From Nitrosopumilus sp. (GTDB lineage: Archaea > Thermoproteota > Nitrososphaeria > Nitrososphaerales > Nitrosopumilaceae), in assembly GCA_965224195.1 (NCBI GenBank), contig OZ245040.1:1984001-2048000 (forward strand): 64,000 bases of DNA. The letters are read 5' to 3'. The stretch's first letter is position 1. Each line of letters starts with the position of its first letter. The notes beneath the pieces were generated by a model. That model made no database searches. It saw only the letters and a list, made by a program, of their open reading frames with translations, and had not been told where the DNA came from. This document shows, piece by piece, positions 1 through 9,697 of the stretch. Made by a program: the position numbers and the translations under genes.

Positions 1-1
1 T

Positions 2-340
2 GGTTCAACAATAATTGAGATTGGTCCAGGCTCTTCAACACAAACTCCAACAGTACCTGAGAAAACACCAATTCCTAGTTGGATTAAAAATAATGCAGAA
101 TGGTGGGCAGCAGGACAAATCGATGATGGTTCATTTATTCAAGGAATTCAATATTTGATTAAAGAAGATGTTCTAAAAATCCCTCCAACTTCACAAGGAA
201 CCAGTTCTGGTTCAAATGATATCCCAGGCTGGATTAAAAATAATGCAGAATGGTGGGCAGCAGGACAAATAGATGATGGTTCTTTTGTTCAAGGCATTCA
301 ATATTTGATTAAAGAAGGAATTATGAGAATTCAATCATAG
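2..340 (+). CDS. 3' end of a secreted thaumarchaeal protein with two IPxWIKNNAxWW...FxQGIQYLIK repeats (5'-partial)
   Basis: Open frame from base 2 (GSTIIEIGPG...IPSWIKNNAEWW) continuous with ORF 155..340. Confidence 0.85.
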   Translation, partial: GSTIIEIGPGSSTQTPTVPEKTPIPSWIKNNAEWWAAGQIDDGSFIQGIQYLIKEDVLKIPPTSQGTSSGSNDIPGWIKNNAEWWAAGQIDDGSFVQGIQYLIKEGIMRIQS

Positions 341-373
341 GTTTTTAAATAAATTCTGTTAAGTGATAGTATA

Positions 374-580
374 ATGAAAGACATCAATGATATCATGCCA
401 AAAGTTCAGAACATGAGATGGGGTGCTTTGATGAATCAAGCACCAACAAATGATAAGGTTGAAGAAATGAATAAAATTTTTCCAGATAACGGTAGATGGC
501 ATACAGTTTTTGAAGAACAAGATCAAGTTACAGTTGATGGAAAAGAAATTAGAAAGAAAAATCCTGACAAGTGGACCTAG
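374..580 (+). CDS. Small hypothetical protein
   Basis: 68-aa ATG ORF preceded by TATA-like TTTAAATA. Confidence 0.7.
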   Translation: MKDINDIMPKVQNMRWGALMNQAPTNDKVEEMNKIFPDNGRWHTVFEEQDQVTVDGKEIRKKNPDKWT

Positions 581-2138
581 ATTGAAAAGTTTTTCATTAC
601 TTGCATTTTTAATAATTTTAGCTGTTTTAGCTATTGGATTTGATAATGTATATGGCCATGGTGTAGGAAGTGAAATTTTTCCTCCTGTTGATCTAAATGG
701 AAAGCAAGTCACTCTTGAAGTATCATCATCAAAAAGTGATCCTAACGAAAGTGATGATCAACAAATTTCAATATCATTAATTGATTTTAATTCAAAAATT
801 ACTCTACGAGATGTTACATTTCAAATTAAATCTGAACGTGGAGAACAATTCCTCTTTGAGCAAGAATTCAAAGCAGACAATGGATTCATAGTTTTTAATT
901 TTGTATCAGAAGAAACTAATTCAATAATTTTAGAAGAAGAAAATGGTGGTGGAATATTTGGTTCATTATTGGGATTAGAAAGCAGAATGGTGCATGTTAA
1001 AGGGCCTAAACTTAGTGAAGGTGGTCTATACAAATTAGATGTGAGTGTCTTAACTGCTGATGGATATTCTCAAAAATTAGATGAACCTCTAGTCTTCAAC
1101 GCTGGAATTTCAATAGCTCAAACATCTAGACATAATTTTATTGATCCAAATTTTGGTGAACAAAACATCCATGTGGTTACTTACTATGATGAAATTTCAA
1201 ATTTCAATTATGATTTTGGCTCTAAAGAAATTAGCTTTTTCATGCCTTTTGAATGGAATCAATTAAACATTAACCAAACCTCAGTAGTTCATGAAGAATT
1301 AGTTATTCCAAAACAATTTGGTGATTTACTAGTATCTGGCTTCACAATGTCTGTAAATGGAGTACAATTATCTGAAGATATTGTAAATATTGATGATTTC
1401 TTTGCTGATGGTAGAATTGTTCATTTTATAATATATCAAAAAGAATTACAGAAAGTTTTTGATAATAATTCAAATCAAAACGGAATGGATTTTGTTATAT
1501 CACCAGACCGTGATTATACTCATCTAAGTGCAGTTACTGATAATGGACAATTTAGAGTTCTAATATACTCAGAACCAGACAATCTAAAATCAAATTCAAA
1601 TGCAAAAATACTTTTTGATGTAACTGATATTTTCTTAAAGAACAAGCTAGTTGCAACAAATTATGAATTTTCAGTAACTCAAAATGAAAGAATAATTTTT
1701 GAACAAAGTGGAATAAGTACTGATTCAAAAGATGAACATAACCTAGCAGAATTTTTTATTCATGAAGATGTTTCAGGCATTGTGAATCTAAATTTTAAAA
1801 ATCTAGATAACAACAATCTTGCAAAGATAACAATTCCAATTGTGATTGATAGAATATCAACAAATGAAGAGATTTCATTACCTGATTGGATTAAAAATAA
1901 TGCATTATGGTGGTCAGAAGAACAAATTGATGATAATACATTCATTCAAGGAATTGAATACATGATTAAAAATAAAATAATTTCAATCCCGCAAACTCCA
2001 CGAGAAACTTCAACATCTGAAGAAATCCCATCTTGGATTAAAAATAATGCAGCTTGGTGGGCTAATGGTCAAATTGATGATAAAACATTTGTTCAAGGTT
2101 TGGAATTTATGATAAAGGCGGGTATTCTTCATGTTTGA
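510..2138 (+). CDS. Secreted/surface protein with C-terminal WIKNNA repeats (true start probably near 570-580)
   Basis: Signal-peptide-like hydrophobic stretch, 542-aa ORF, two C-terminal PxWIKNNAxWW repeats. Confidence 0.85.
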   Translation: MKNKIKLQLMEKKLERKILTSGPRLKSFSLLAFLIILAVLAIGFDNVYGHGVGSEIFPPVDLNGKQVTLEVSSSKSDPNESDDQQISISLIDFNSKITLRDVTFQIKSERGEQFLFEQEFKADNGFIVFNFVSEETNSIILEEENGGGIFGSLLGLESRMVHVKGPKLSEGGLYKLDVSVLTADGYSQKLDEPLVFNAGISIAQTSRHNFIDPNFGEQNIHVVTYYDEISNFNYDFGSKEISFFMPFEWNQLNINQTSVVHEELVIPKQFGDLLVSGFTMSVNGVQLSEDIVNIDDFFADGRIVHFIIYQKELQKVFDNNSNQNGMDFVISPDRDYTHLSAVTDNGQFRVLIYSEPDNLKSNSNAKILFDVTDIFLKNKLVATNYEFSVTQNERIIFEQSGISTDSKDEHNLAEFFIHEDVSGIVNLNFKNLDNNNLAKITIPIVIDRISTNEEISLPDWIKNNALWWSEEQIDDNTFIQGIEYMIKNKIISIPQTPRETSTSEEIPSWIKNNAAWWANGQIDDKTFVQGLEFMIKAGILHV

Positions 2139-2157
2139 TCGATTCCTATTCGATCAA
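2135..2157. promoter_or_regulatory. Inverted repeat TTGATCGA-N7-TCGATCAA, candidate operator
   Basis: Perfect 8-bp arms just upstream of a TTTAAA box and the 2202 gene. Confidence 0.45.
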
Positions 2158-2201
2158 TGAACCAGTCGCTTTAAATCTCTAAAACCATAATTCTGATCAC
2201 T

Positions 2202-2594
2202 TTGTTTAGGCCTGAGAGCATAGTTGAGAAAAAATCGACTTTATTTTCTATTGTGGTTGCTGGTGTAATTGCAATTTTAGCAATGCCGATTATTATTCCG
2301 CATTTGTTACATGGGTATCATTTGGCACACATCTTTTTACACATTGGAGGAATTACACTTGCAGTCTTTATTTCTGTACTTGTAACTTTTGCATATTATA
2401 GATTAAGAACAAAACGACTTTTACTAAGTGCAATTGCTTTTACAAATTTCATTGCAGCTGAAGTTGTATTACTCGTTGATGCAACCTGGCCATCTATTTT
2501 TGATATTGGTGATATGACTCTTCCAGAAGTAGGACATTTATTGACGTTTATCACATTAGGATTGCTGGCATTAGGAGTGTTTAGAAATGACTAA
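2202..2594 (+). CDS. Small integral membrane protein (about 4 TM, His-rich)
   Basis: Hydrophobic helices with PHLLHGYHLAHIFLH segment. Confidence 0.75.
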   Translation: MFRPESIVEKKSTLFSIVVAGVIAILAMPIIIPHLLHGYHLAHIFLHIGGITLAVFISVLVTFAYYRLRTKRLLLSAIAFTNFIAAEVVLLVDATWPSIFDIGDMTLPEVGHLLTFITLGLLALGVFRND

Positions 2595-3085
2595 TAGAGA
2601 TTTACAATTACAACAAATTATTGAACAAAACCCTGGGATTCAATTCCGTGAAATTATGCGTTCATCTGGATTAAAAAATGGCGTATTGAGTCATTATTTG
2701 GGTAAATTAGAAAAAAGTGGAATAGTCAAAGTAATTCGTGAACCACGTCAAGCAAGATTTTATCCACCAAAAATTACTGAAGATGAATCAATTGAAATCA
2801 AAGCTTTAAGAAAACAAACTCCACGAGATTTACTACTTGCATTAATTGAAAATGACGGATTAGAATTTTCTCAACTTGTTAAAGCAGTTAAAAAATCTCC
2901 GTCAACTGTTTCATTATATTTGTCACAAATTGTAGAAGATGAATTAGTTGAAATCAAAATTGTTGAACTCAAAGAAATATCATATTAAAGCAAGAGATCT
3001 TATAGATAAATTAATTGAAGATTACAGACCAAGCTTGCTTGAAAAACCAACATCTGGATTTGAAGATATCATCAATTCATTCTAG
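2587..3085 (+). pseudogene. Double winged-helix transcriptional regulator, frameshifted near 2971
   Basis: NPGIQFREIMR...LSHYLGKLE HTH; C-terminus KYHIKARDLIDKLIEDYRP...IINSF* continues in another frame to TAG 3083-3085. Confidence 0.7.
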
Positions 3086-3683
3086 AGTTTTAGTCTCAAA
3101 ATCTACTATATTCTTAATAGGATTTTTATTTTCTTTAATGTTAATACCACAAGTTTCTTTTTCTGAAGTTTTTATTCCAACTGATGAATACATTGGGTAT
3201 TTTGATTCTAATGGAATCTATACAGTTGTTAGAAATGTAAAAAATAAATTTAGTTATGCAGTAATCCCTACAATTACTGTATCAGTAAAAGAGAATTCTG
3301 AAATATTTTCTAAAACAATTACTCATGTACCTTTAGGTTCTGGCGCTGAAATCCCATTTAAAATAAAGTTCTTAGAAATTTTTAACAATCCGGTCTTACT
3401 TCCAGTTGATTTGTCATATGAAAGAACCACTAAAGATGTAATTCCAATTATTGTTCTTTATGACGAAACTTTGATAAAATATGACGATGGTCATCTTACT
3501 GGTAGAATTCAAAACACTGGAGAACAGACTATCTACAATCCTAAAATTTTTGCAGTTATTCATGGGTATGATCAAGTCTTAGACATTGGACAAAACATAG
3601 AATTTATTGAAAAAATTGAACCAGGAGAAATTTTAAATTTCTCAATGTATCCTGATTGGTGCTTGTGTGACTTGCGGCAGTGA
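3015..3683 (+). pseudogene. Exported FxLYD-like domain protein, apparently 3'-truncated near 3657 (true start probably downstream of 3085)
   Basis: Signal peptide, VRNVKN and GRIQNTG beta-sandwich motifs; ends abruptly in atypical WCLCDLRQ where composition changes. Confidence 0.55.
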
Positions 3684-3755
3684 GAACATTTTTGGTTTTT
3701 ACAGAGAAACCCTCCCATCAATACCTAGCATGATAATAGATTTTATTAGTTTTTA

Positions 3756-4145
3756 TCAATAATCCTGTTTGCGTATTCTTTTGCGAAAATCACTAAAGGG
3801 CTCATTAGGGTTTGCCTCTGTCTTGTAGCGTTTTCTTAGCTCTGCAAGAGTTAAGCGCCAGTGCTTTGCATTTATTGTAATCTTTTTTACAGCAGAGTTT
3901 AGTGCCAAGATGCCCTGCGGGGTTGTAATCCATATAGGATCAGTATCAGCCTTGCTTGTTTTGTTTACATATCCATACATGTCTAACTGCGCCAAGTATG
4001 TAGACATTGTTCTTAGCCCCACATGCATCTTATCGCAGTTCTGTGAGTCTGCATTCTGTGTGGCATAGTTTTAGTATCTTGCAGTGATGTATGGTAAATG
4101 TTCCAGGTATGACTCTGAATCTCTTTGCCAATACAGTTTGTACAT
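3756..4145 (-). pseudogene. Hypothetical (possible wHTH) gene with in-frame stop
   Basis: ATG at 4145 in frame with ORF 3756..4028 but interrupted by TAA; RTMSTYLAQLDMYGYV is HTH-like. Confidence 0.4.
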
Positions 4146-4258
4146 TGTATACTAGTTATATATGTCAGTTCAAGACACGTTTTAAAATTATGTAAGCCAT
4201 ACTATCATACAAAATAATTAATTTACAATTATGGCTGCCCTATAATTAATAGAAAATG

Positions 4259-4771
4259 TTATTTTTTCAAGCCAGGAGTTGGTACTTTTTTGTATGTAAC
4301 GTTACTTACTACACTTTTAATGTCAATGTTGGCATCATCGTTGATAAATGAAGGATATGCACCAGTGTATAGCATATACCAGTTCTGAACAGGTGTGGAG
4401 CCAACATATGAAAACTGGTTATAGACCTGGTTGGTAGTAGGATTGGAGCCCTTTGTACTGTAATATTTTAGAAGAAGTGTAGATGGATTTATCGACTCTG
4501 TTGCATTATCATAATGCATGTTGATGTTTGTCTTGTATAAAATACTTGCAACACTTGTAAGCCCAACATCATGGGAATCCACGGCATTTATTTTAAGATA
4601 GGATGAAGCAACTGCCACCTTAAAGGTGATGGTCTTTTGTGTAACTGTTAAAAGTCTCGAAGTAAGATCTACAGAGCTAGCATCATCAAAAAGTGGTTTG
4701 GTAAGTTGTGGGTTATTACTGTATGCCATAAATGATGTCGAAGGACTGTCATTGAACTTTATCGTACCTTG
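4259..4771 (-). pseudogene. C-terminal fragment of an unknown gene cut by the IS5 element
   Basis: Long open frame whose only start lies inside the IS terminal repeat. Confidence 0.5.
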
Positions 4772-5774
4772 TACTCTGTCGAACAAATCATTTCCAACTA
4801 GTTTTTGATTTCATTCCCTCAAGCACCTGCAAACAGATTGTACAGCTCGACTTTTAATTTTAATTCCTTTGCCATGTATTTTCTTTTGTGAGCCATGACA
4901 TACTCACCAAACATCCTTTTGAATGTTGAAAACACACACTCTGCAATCCACCTGTCCCCATAGCTAACGCTGCGCTTCCACAAATCCAAATTATACGTTT
5001 GAGCCAAAACTGATTTCTTTCTCGGATAACATTTTGTTTTGAGAGATGATGTCTTTCTAACTTTGATTGCAGGCAGTGCATCTGTGTTGTGGTACAGATA
5101 TGAGAAGTTGTTTTCTGAATCATATGCGCCATCTGCCAGTACCTTAATTACATTTCCTTTGTACAATGCCTGCTGTACTAGTTCTGGCAGATGTGCAGGC
5201 ATCATGGGATGAATCATCTGTTATTTTGAGTGAAACTATTTTCTTTGATTTCACATCTGCACCAACATGAATTTTCAAGAATCCTCTCCTCATGTGCCAT
5301 TTCTGTCGCATCCATTTGTCTCTGTTTGCAGCCTTAATTCCAGTGCTGTCAATTGCCAAAATGATATCATCATCCACTGAATCATTATTCATTGATTCAT
5401 CCATCCTGATGTCAAGCTTGTTTACTCTTTTGTGGATTGATGTAAAATCAGGAACTGCTGGAATGCGTCTGGAATATGCACGAATCATTCCTTCTGTTTG
5501 TCTGAATGGTAATTCAAAATAGATTCTCGCATAACCTAGCAATTTCATAAACGAGTCAGGATAGTCAAACTTTCTACCTCTTTTGTTGTGATTCATGACC
5601 TCTAGTTCTTTATGCCAGTTATCAATAACATCAAATGACATTATGATCTTCACCATTTCTGACTAGTTTCTCATTGTATTGACTCCATTGTACCATGAAA
5701 ATAATCAGAATGTGAGATCCAAAGCTATTGTGGTGCAATGATATTGATCAGATTGTTATTTGTTTGACAAAGTA
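4772..5774 (-). mobile_element. IS5-family element, copy 1 (defective, no TSD)
   Basis: TIRs TACTCTGTCGAACAAAT / ATTTGTTTGACAAAGTA; high similarity to copy at 55482-56473. Confidence 0.92.
4819..5696 (-). pseudogene. IS5-family DDE transposase with two +1 frameshifts
   Basis: AIDSTG, KIHVG, ADGAYD, RWIAECVFS motifs split over ORFs 5144..5656 and 4819..5217; ATG at 5696. Confidence 0.9.
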
Positions 5775-6004
5775 AAATGAACAAGACGATCAGGATATTC
5801 CTCTTGTTGTATTACATAAATAGCACCCAAATATGCAGATTTAATTTTTTCATCGTATCTATACAGTTGTAAGGCAAGATCTTTTTGCTTTGAATTTAAT
5901 TTGGGATATTTGATCAATAATCATCACAAATACTCACATGACATTTCATTATATAACAAGGGTATTATAGAATAACCACATAATCAATCTCTCGTACAAT
6001 CAAC

Positions 6005-6460
6005 TCATCCCAATACTCTCCAATACATCATGATACATGCCAAGTAAACAAATGACAAATAATTATCATAATTCTTTTCGTATCTAATTCTTGTTCTATG
6101 AAATCCATTTTTCAACCAAGCAAATAACCGTTCCACTACAAATCTTGTTTTGTTGTAATTGCTGTAACCCTTATTTTGTATGTTATTTTATAAAATAATT
6201 CTTGAATTCTTTTTGTATGGAATGCAGCAATCAATGCCGTTGTTCCTCAGATAATTTCTAATGTATTTTGGCATCGTAACCTTTGTCTACAAAACAAGAT
6301 ACAATTTATTTGACGGAATTATAATCAAAAAAATCTAAAATGGATTCCATAACGTCAATGAATTTTGTACTGTCATGAATATTTGCAGAACTGCACACAA
6401 CGGATATCAGCAAGCCGTTTTGTTCTACTACAACATGTATTTTTGTGCCTGTTGTTCTTT
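6005..6460 (-). pseudogene. Second, different IS5-family transposase remnant (IS427/IS1031-like)
   Basis: Manual translation: GTKIHVVVEQNGLLISVVCSSANIHDS ... RFVVERLFAWLKNGFHRTRIRYEK...YWRVLG*. Confidence 0.8.
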
Positions 6461-6504
6461 TGAAATTGCCATTACTACAGAACCTGAATTAAATGGTTTT
6501 AGGA

Positions 6505-6805
6505 CAGTACAGATCCACCATGTTTGATTACTTCATTCATGGTCTCTTTGTTTTCTTTTGCCAAAATAACTACAACTTTAGCTTGTGGATTATATGTTGT
6601 AATTGCCTGAGTTGCTTTTATTCCATCCACATCAGGCATCACAATATCCATCATAACCACATGTGGTTGATGTGCCATATATTGAGGAATATCTTCTTTT
6701 CCATCTTTTGCTTCATAGTATACACTTCCAATTTTAGCATCGATAAGAATTTTTTTAATCGATGATCTAAAAATGATGAATCATCAGCGACGGGAATTTT
6801 GCCAT
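6505..6805 (-). pseudogene. CheY-like response regulator receiver, frameshifted
   Basis: Manual translation: VADDSS...EAKDGKE...PHVVMMDIVMPDVDGIKATQAI...AKVVVI. Confidence 0.75.
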
Positions 6806-6973
6806 AACGTAAAAGATTCAATCATACTCAAAATAAAATTTTGTAAATGTCTTATAGTATTCTGTAAGCCCATAAAATACAGTTAAAATGATTATTAAAA
6901 TGCATGTTAATTTTCATTTTCTCCAATATGCCTGAATTCAAAATTCATACAGAATACCCATATCAGGAATCCA

Positions 6974-7135
6974 CATTATGGAAATCGACCTTCATCGATT
7001 AATTCTTTGTACATTACTGATTCAATACGATTTTGTGCAGCACCGCATTTACTACACATGCCTGTTTCATCAGGATTCTTTTTCATTTTCTTCTCACATT
7101 CTACACACTTGTTAATGCCTTTTTTGAATCCATAT
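6974..7135 (-). pseudogene. Small zinc-ribbon protein remnant
   Basis: KCVECEKK...MCSKCGAAQ...GRFP*; no clear start. Confidence 0.4.
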
Positions 7136-7276
7136 CAGGATTTTTTTCTAATCTAGATAATAACTATATCTTCAAAATTAGGGTTTTGTTGTCAAATCAA
7201 AATTTAGCCCTTCAAATATACTATTGATTTTAATTTGGGATTTTTACAAAAATTAAAAATATTGAAAAAATCGAAA

Positions 7277-7349
7277 GGCCCTCGAGGGGAATCGAACTCC
7301 TGTCCGAGGATCCACAATCCTCTATACTAACCACTGTACTACGAGGGCC
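7277..7349 (-). tRNA. tRNA-His(GTG)
   Basis: Cloverleaf GCCCTCG...GAGGATTGTGGATCCTC...TTCGATT...CGAGGGCC, with an upstream G that could be the encoded G-1. Confidence 0.93.
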
Positions 7350-7443
7350 ACAAAGAAAGAAGCTTGTTCAACCAGTAATAATCTTTAAGATCTAACTGGA
7401 AACTATACTGTAGATTTATTATTGACTAAATAAAATCATCAAC

Positions 7444-7524
7444 ATGCGTCTATGGTGGTTTGCAATGGGAGCAACAGTAGTAGCAGTTTGGATAGGAGTA
7501 AACTATCTTCTTCCGTGGGTATAA
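7444..7524 (+). CDS. 26-aa single-TM peptide
   Basis: MRLWWFAMGATVVAVWIGVNYLLPWV*, TATA-like TTTATT about 25 bp upstream. Confidence 0.45.
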   Translation: MRLWWFAMGATVVAVWIGVNYLLPWV

Positions 7525-7622
7525 ACTTGGCCAACTCTTTTGTTCATCTAGCCTCAAATCCAAAAATAATTTTTGAATCATAATAGCGATCGCTTTAAAT
7601 TTGTTGTATCAGGGTTTTCGAC

Positions 7623-8645
7623 ATGAGAAAGGGTTTCATTACAAATAGGCTACGTTCAAACAAAAAATTAGTAGACGTTCCTATTGAAAATAAGATTGAA
7701 ACCATTCAAGGTGAGAAATTTGTATGGATTGATTTGCAAAATCCAGATAGAAATGATGTTGAAAAATTAGCTGAAAAATACAATTTCAATGCATTAAACA
7801 TAGAAGATTGCATGACTAAATTTGAGCTTCCAAAATTAGATAGTTATGATGATCATTTCTTTGTAATTCTTCATTTTCCACCATTAGCACAAAAAATTGG
7901 AATATCAAAAAATAGTCAATTATCAATATTTATAGGAAAAGATTTCATGGTGACGGTTCATCAAGGAGATCTTAAACCACTTGTAGAATTAGTAGAAATT
8001 TGTAAAACAAATGTTGATCAACAAAGAAAAGATAGATTATTAGGAAAATCATCGGGATTACTACTCCACGAAATCTTGGATGTGTTAGTAGATGATCTTT
8101 TACACACATCAAGGAAAATTATTGCAAATCTAGATGAAATTGAAGATAGGGTTTTTGATGAAACAAAACCTGTAGCTAGAAGTATTGCATTACTTAGAAG
8201 AGAAATTAATAGATTAAGAAGAATAGTAAATCCGTTAAAGAAATTCGTATTAGAAATAACAAAGCATGTTAAACAATTTTCAGATAGTGAAGATGATGAA
8301 CTCACATTATTCTATGATGACGTAATAGATCACATTGACAAAGTAATTGAAACATTAGAAGAATCCAGAGAAACCATGGAAATTTACAAAGATACAGATT
8401 TTGTGTTAAGTACGGAAAAAACAAACAAAGTTCTTGCGGTATTAACAATAATTTTCACATTAGCAATTCCATCAACTGTAATTGGAACATTTTATGGAAT
8501 GAATGTTGATTTACCAGGAGGGATTGGAAATAATTCAATATTTTTAGGACCATTTACAACTTTTATCATAGTAATAATCGCATCAGCGATTCCTGCAATC
8601 ATGATGTTTACATATTTCAAGAAATTAGGCTGGATTAGCAGTTAA
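7623..8645 (+). CDS. corA: CorA-family Mg/Co transporter
   Basis: WIDL, YGMN signature, two C-terminal TM helices. Confidence 0.92.
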   Translation: MRKGFITNRLRSNKKLVDVPIENKIETIQGEKFVWIDLQNPDRNDVEKLAEKYNFNALNIEDCMTKFELPKLDSYDDHFFVILHFPPLAQKIGISKNSQLSIFIGKDFMVTVHQGDLKPLVELVEICKTNVDQQRKDRLLGKSSGLLLHEILDVLVDDLLHTSRKIIANLDEIEDRVFDETKPVARSIALLRREINRLRRIVNPLKKFVLEITKHVKQFSDSEDDELTLFYDDVIDHIDKVIETLEESRETMEIYKDTDFVLSTEKTNKVLAVLTIIFTLAIPSTVIGTFYGMNVDLPGGIGNNSIFLGPFTTFIIVIIASAIPAIMMFTYFKKLGWISS

Positions 8646-8713
8646 AACAAAAAATCTAGATCTACTCATGAAAAATGAGCTTAGATAAATACAAGATAAT
8701 TCAATCATAATTT

Positions 8714-8974
8714 ATGGGGAAAATTAGAATTAGAACAGGTAGAGGCACAGGAACTATAGAAGTTGATGATGATGCTTCAAAATGGTCTGGAGATGATTTC
8801 AAAAGGATCCAAGAAGCAAGAAAAAAAGCAGCAGCTAATAGAACAGTCTCATCAGGTAGAGGAACTGGTACAAGAAAACTAGGAGATACACCTGAGCCTA
8901 AAAAAGCAGCAGATACCAAAGGAATGACTAGAAGTACAGGTAGAGGAACTGGCTCTAGAAAAAGTAGAGGATAG
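8714..8974 (+). CDS. Basic low-complexity protein with three (T/S)GRGTG repeats
   Basis: 86-aa ATG ORF with host-like codon usage. Confidence 0.65.
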   Translation: MGKIRIRTGRGTGTIEVDDDASKWSGDDFKRIQEARKKAAANRTVSSGRGTGTRKLGDTPEPKKAADTKGMTRSTGRGTGSRKSRG

Positions 8975-9031
8975 AGAAATTAAAATAATTTTTCATTAAA
9001 AATTTTTCTTTAATCTTCTCAAAAAATTTTA

Positions 9032-9697
9032 TTATATTTTGATATCAGGATTTCCAGATTTTAGCTTGTCCCAATCAGCAAGAAAGTTATCCAAGCCAAT
9101 TTTTGTTAATGGATGTAACATCATTTTATCCAATACTGCAGGAGGTAATGTGACAACATCTGCACCAATTTTTGCCGCATCAACAACATGTACTGGATGA
9201 CGAACACTTGCAACAAGGATTTGAGTTCCAAAATTATAATTTGAAAAAATTTCTTTAATTTCTTGAATTAAGTTCATTCCATCTTGGCCAACGTCATCCA
9301 ATCTTCCAATAAATGGACTAACATATTTTGCGCCAGCTTTTGCAGCAAGCAAAGCTTGATTTGCAGAAAAGATCAAGGTTACGTTAACAGGAATTCCTTC
9401 AGATGAAAATGATTTACAAGCTCTAAGACCATCAGGAGTCATAGGGACTTTGACAACTACATTGTCACCATATTGACGAAGACGTTTACCTTCTTCCATC
9501 ATTCCAGAATATTCAGTACTAACAACTTCTAAACTAACATCACCTTTGATAATTTTTGTAATTTCTTTCATAGCATCTTTTGGATTACCACCTTCCTTGA
9601 ACATTAGTGAAGGATTAGTTGTTATTCCATCTAACAAACCCATGTCGTTGAATTTTCTTATGGATTCAAGATTAGCAGTATCAAGAAAAATTTTCAT
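9032..9697 (-). CDS. tal: Transaldolase / fructose-6-phosphate aldolase
   Basis: FLDTA, GITTNPSL, VVVKVP, VNVTLIFS, YVSPFIGR. Confidence 0.95.
   Translation of the reverse strand: MKIFLDTANLESIRKFNDMGLLDGITTNPSLMFKEGGNPKDAMKEITKIIKGDVSLEVVSTEYSGMMEEGKRLRQYGDNVVVKVPMTPDGLRACKSFSSEGIPVNVTLIFSANQALLAAKAGAKYVSPFIGRLDDVGQDGMNLIQEIKEIFSNYNFGTQILVASVRHPVHVVDAAKIGADVVTLPPAVLDKMMLHPLTKIGLDNFLADWDKLKSGNPDIKI

Noticed and set aside
70-320. Near-identical DNA repeats (TGGATTAAAAATAATGCAGAATGGTGG...) as possible CRISPR
   Set aside because: In-frame protein domain repeats, also present at 1880-2110
4774-5772. TA dinucleotide as target-site duplication of the IS
   Set aside because: Copy 2 shows TA is part of the TIR and the true TSD is 8 bp
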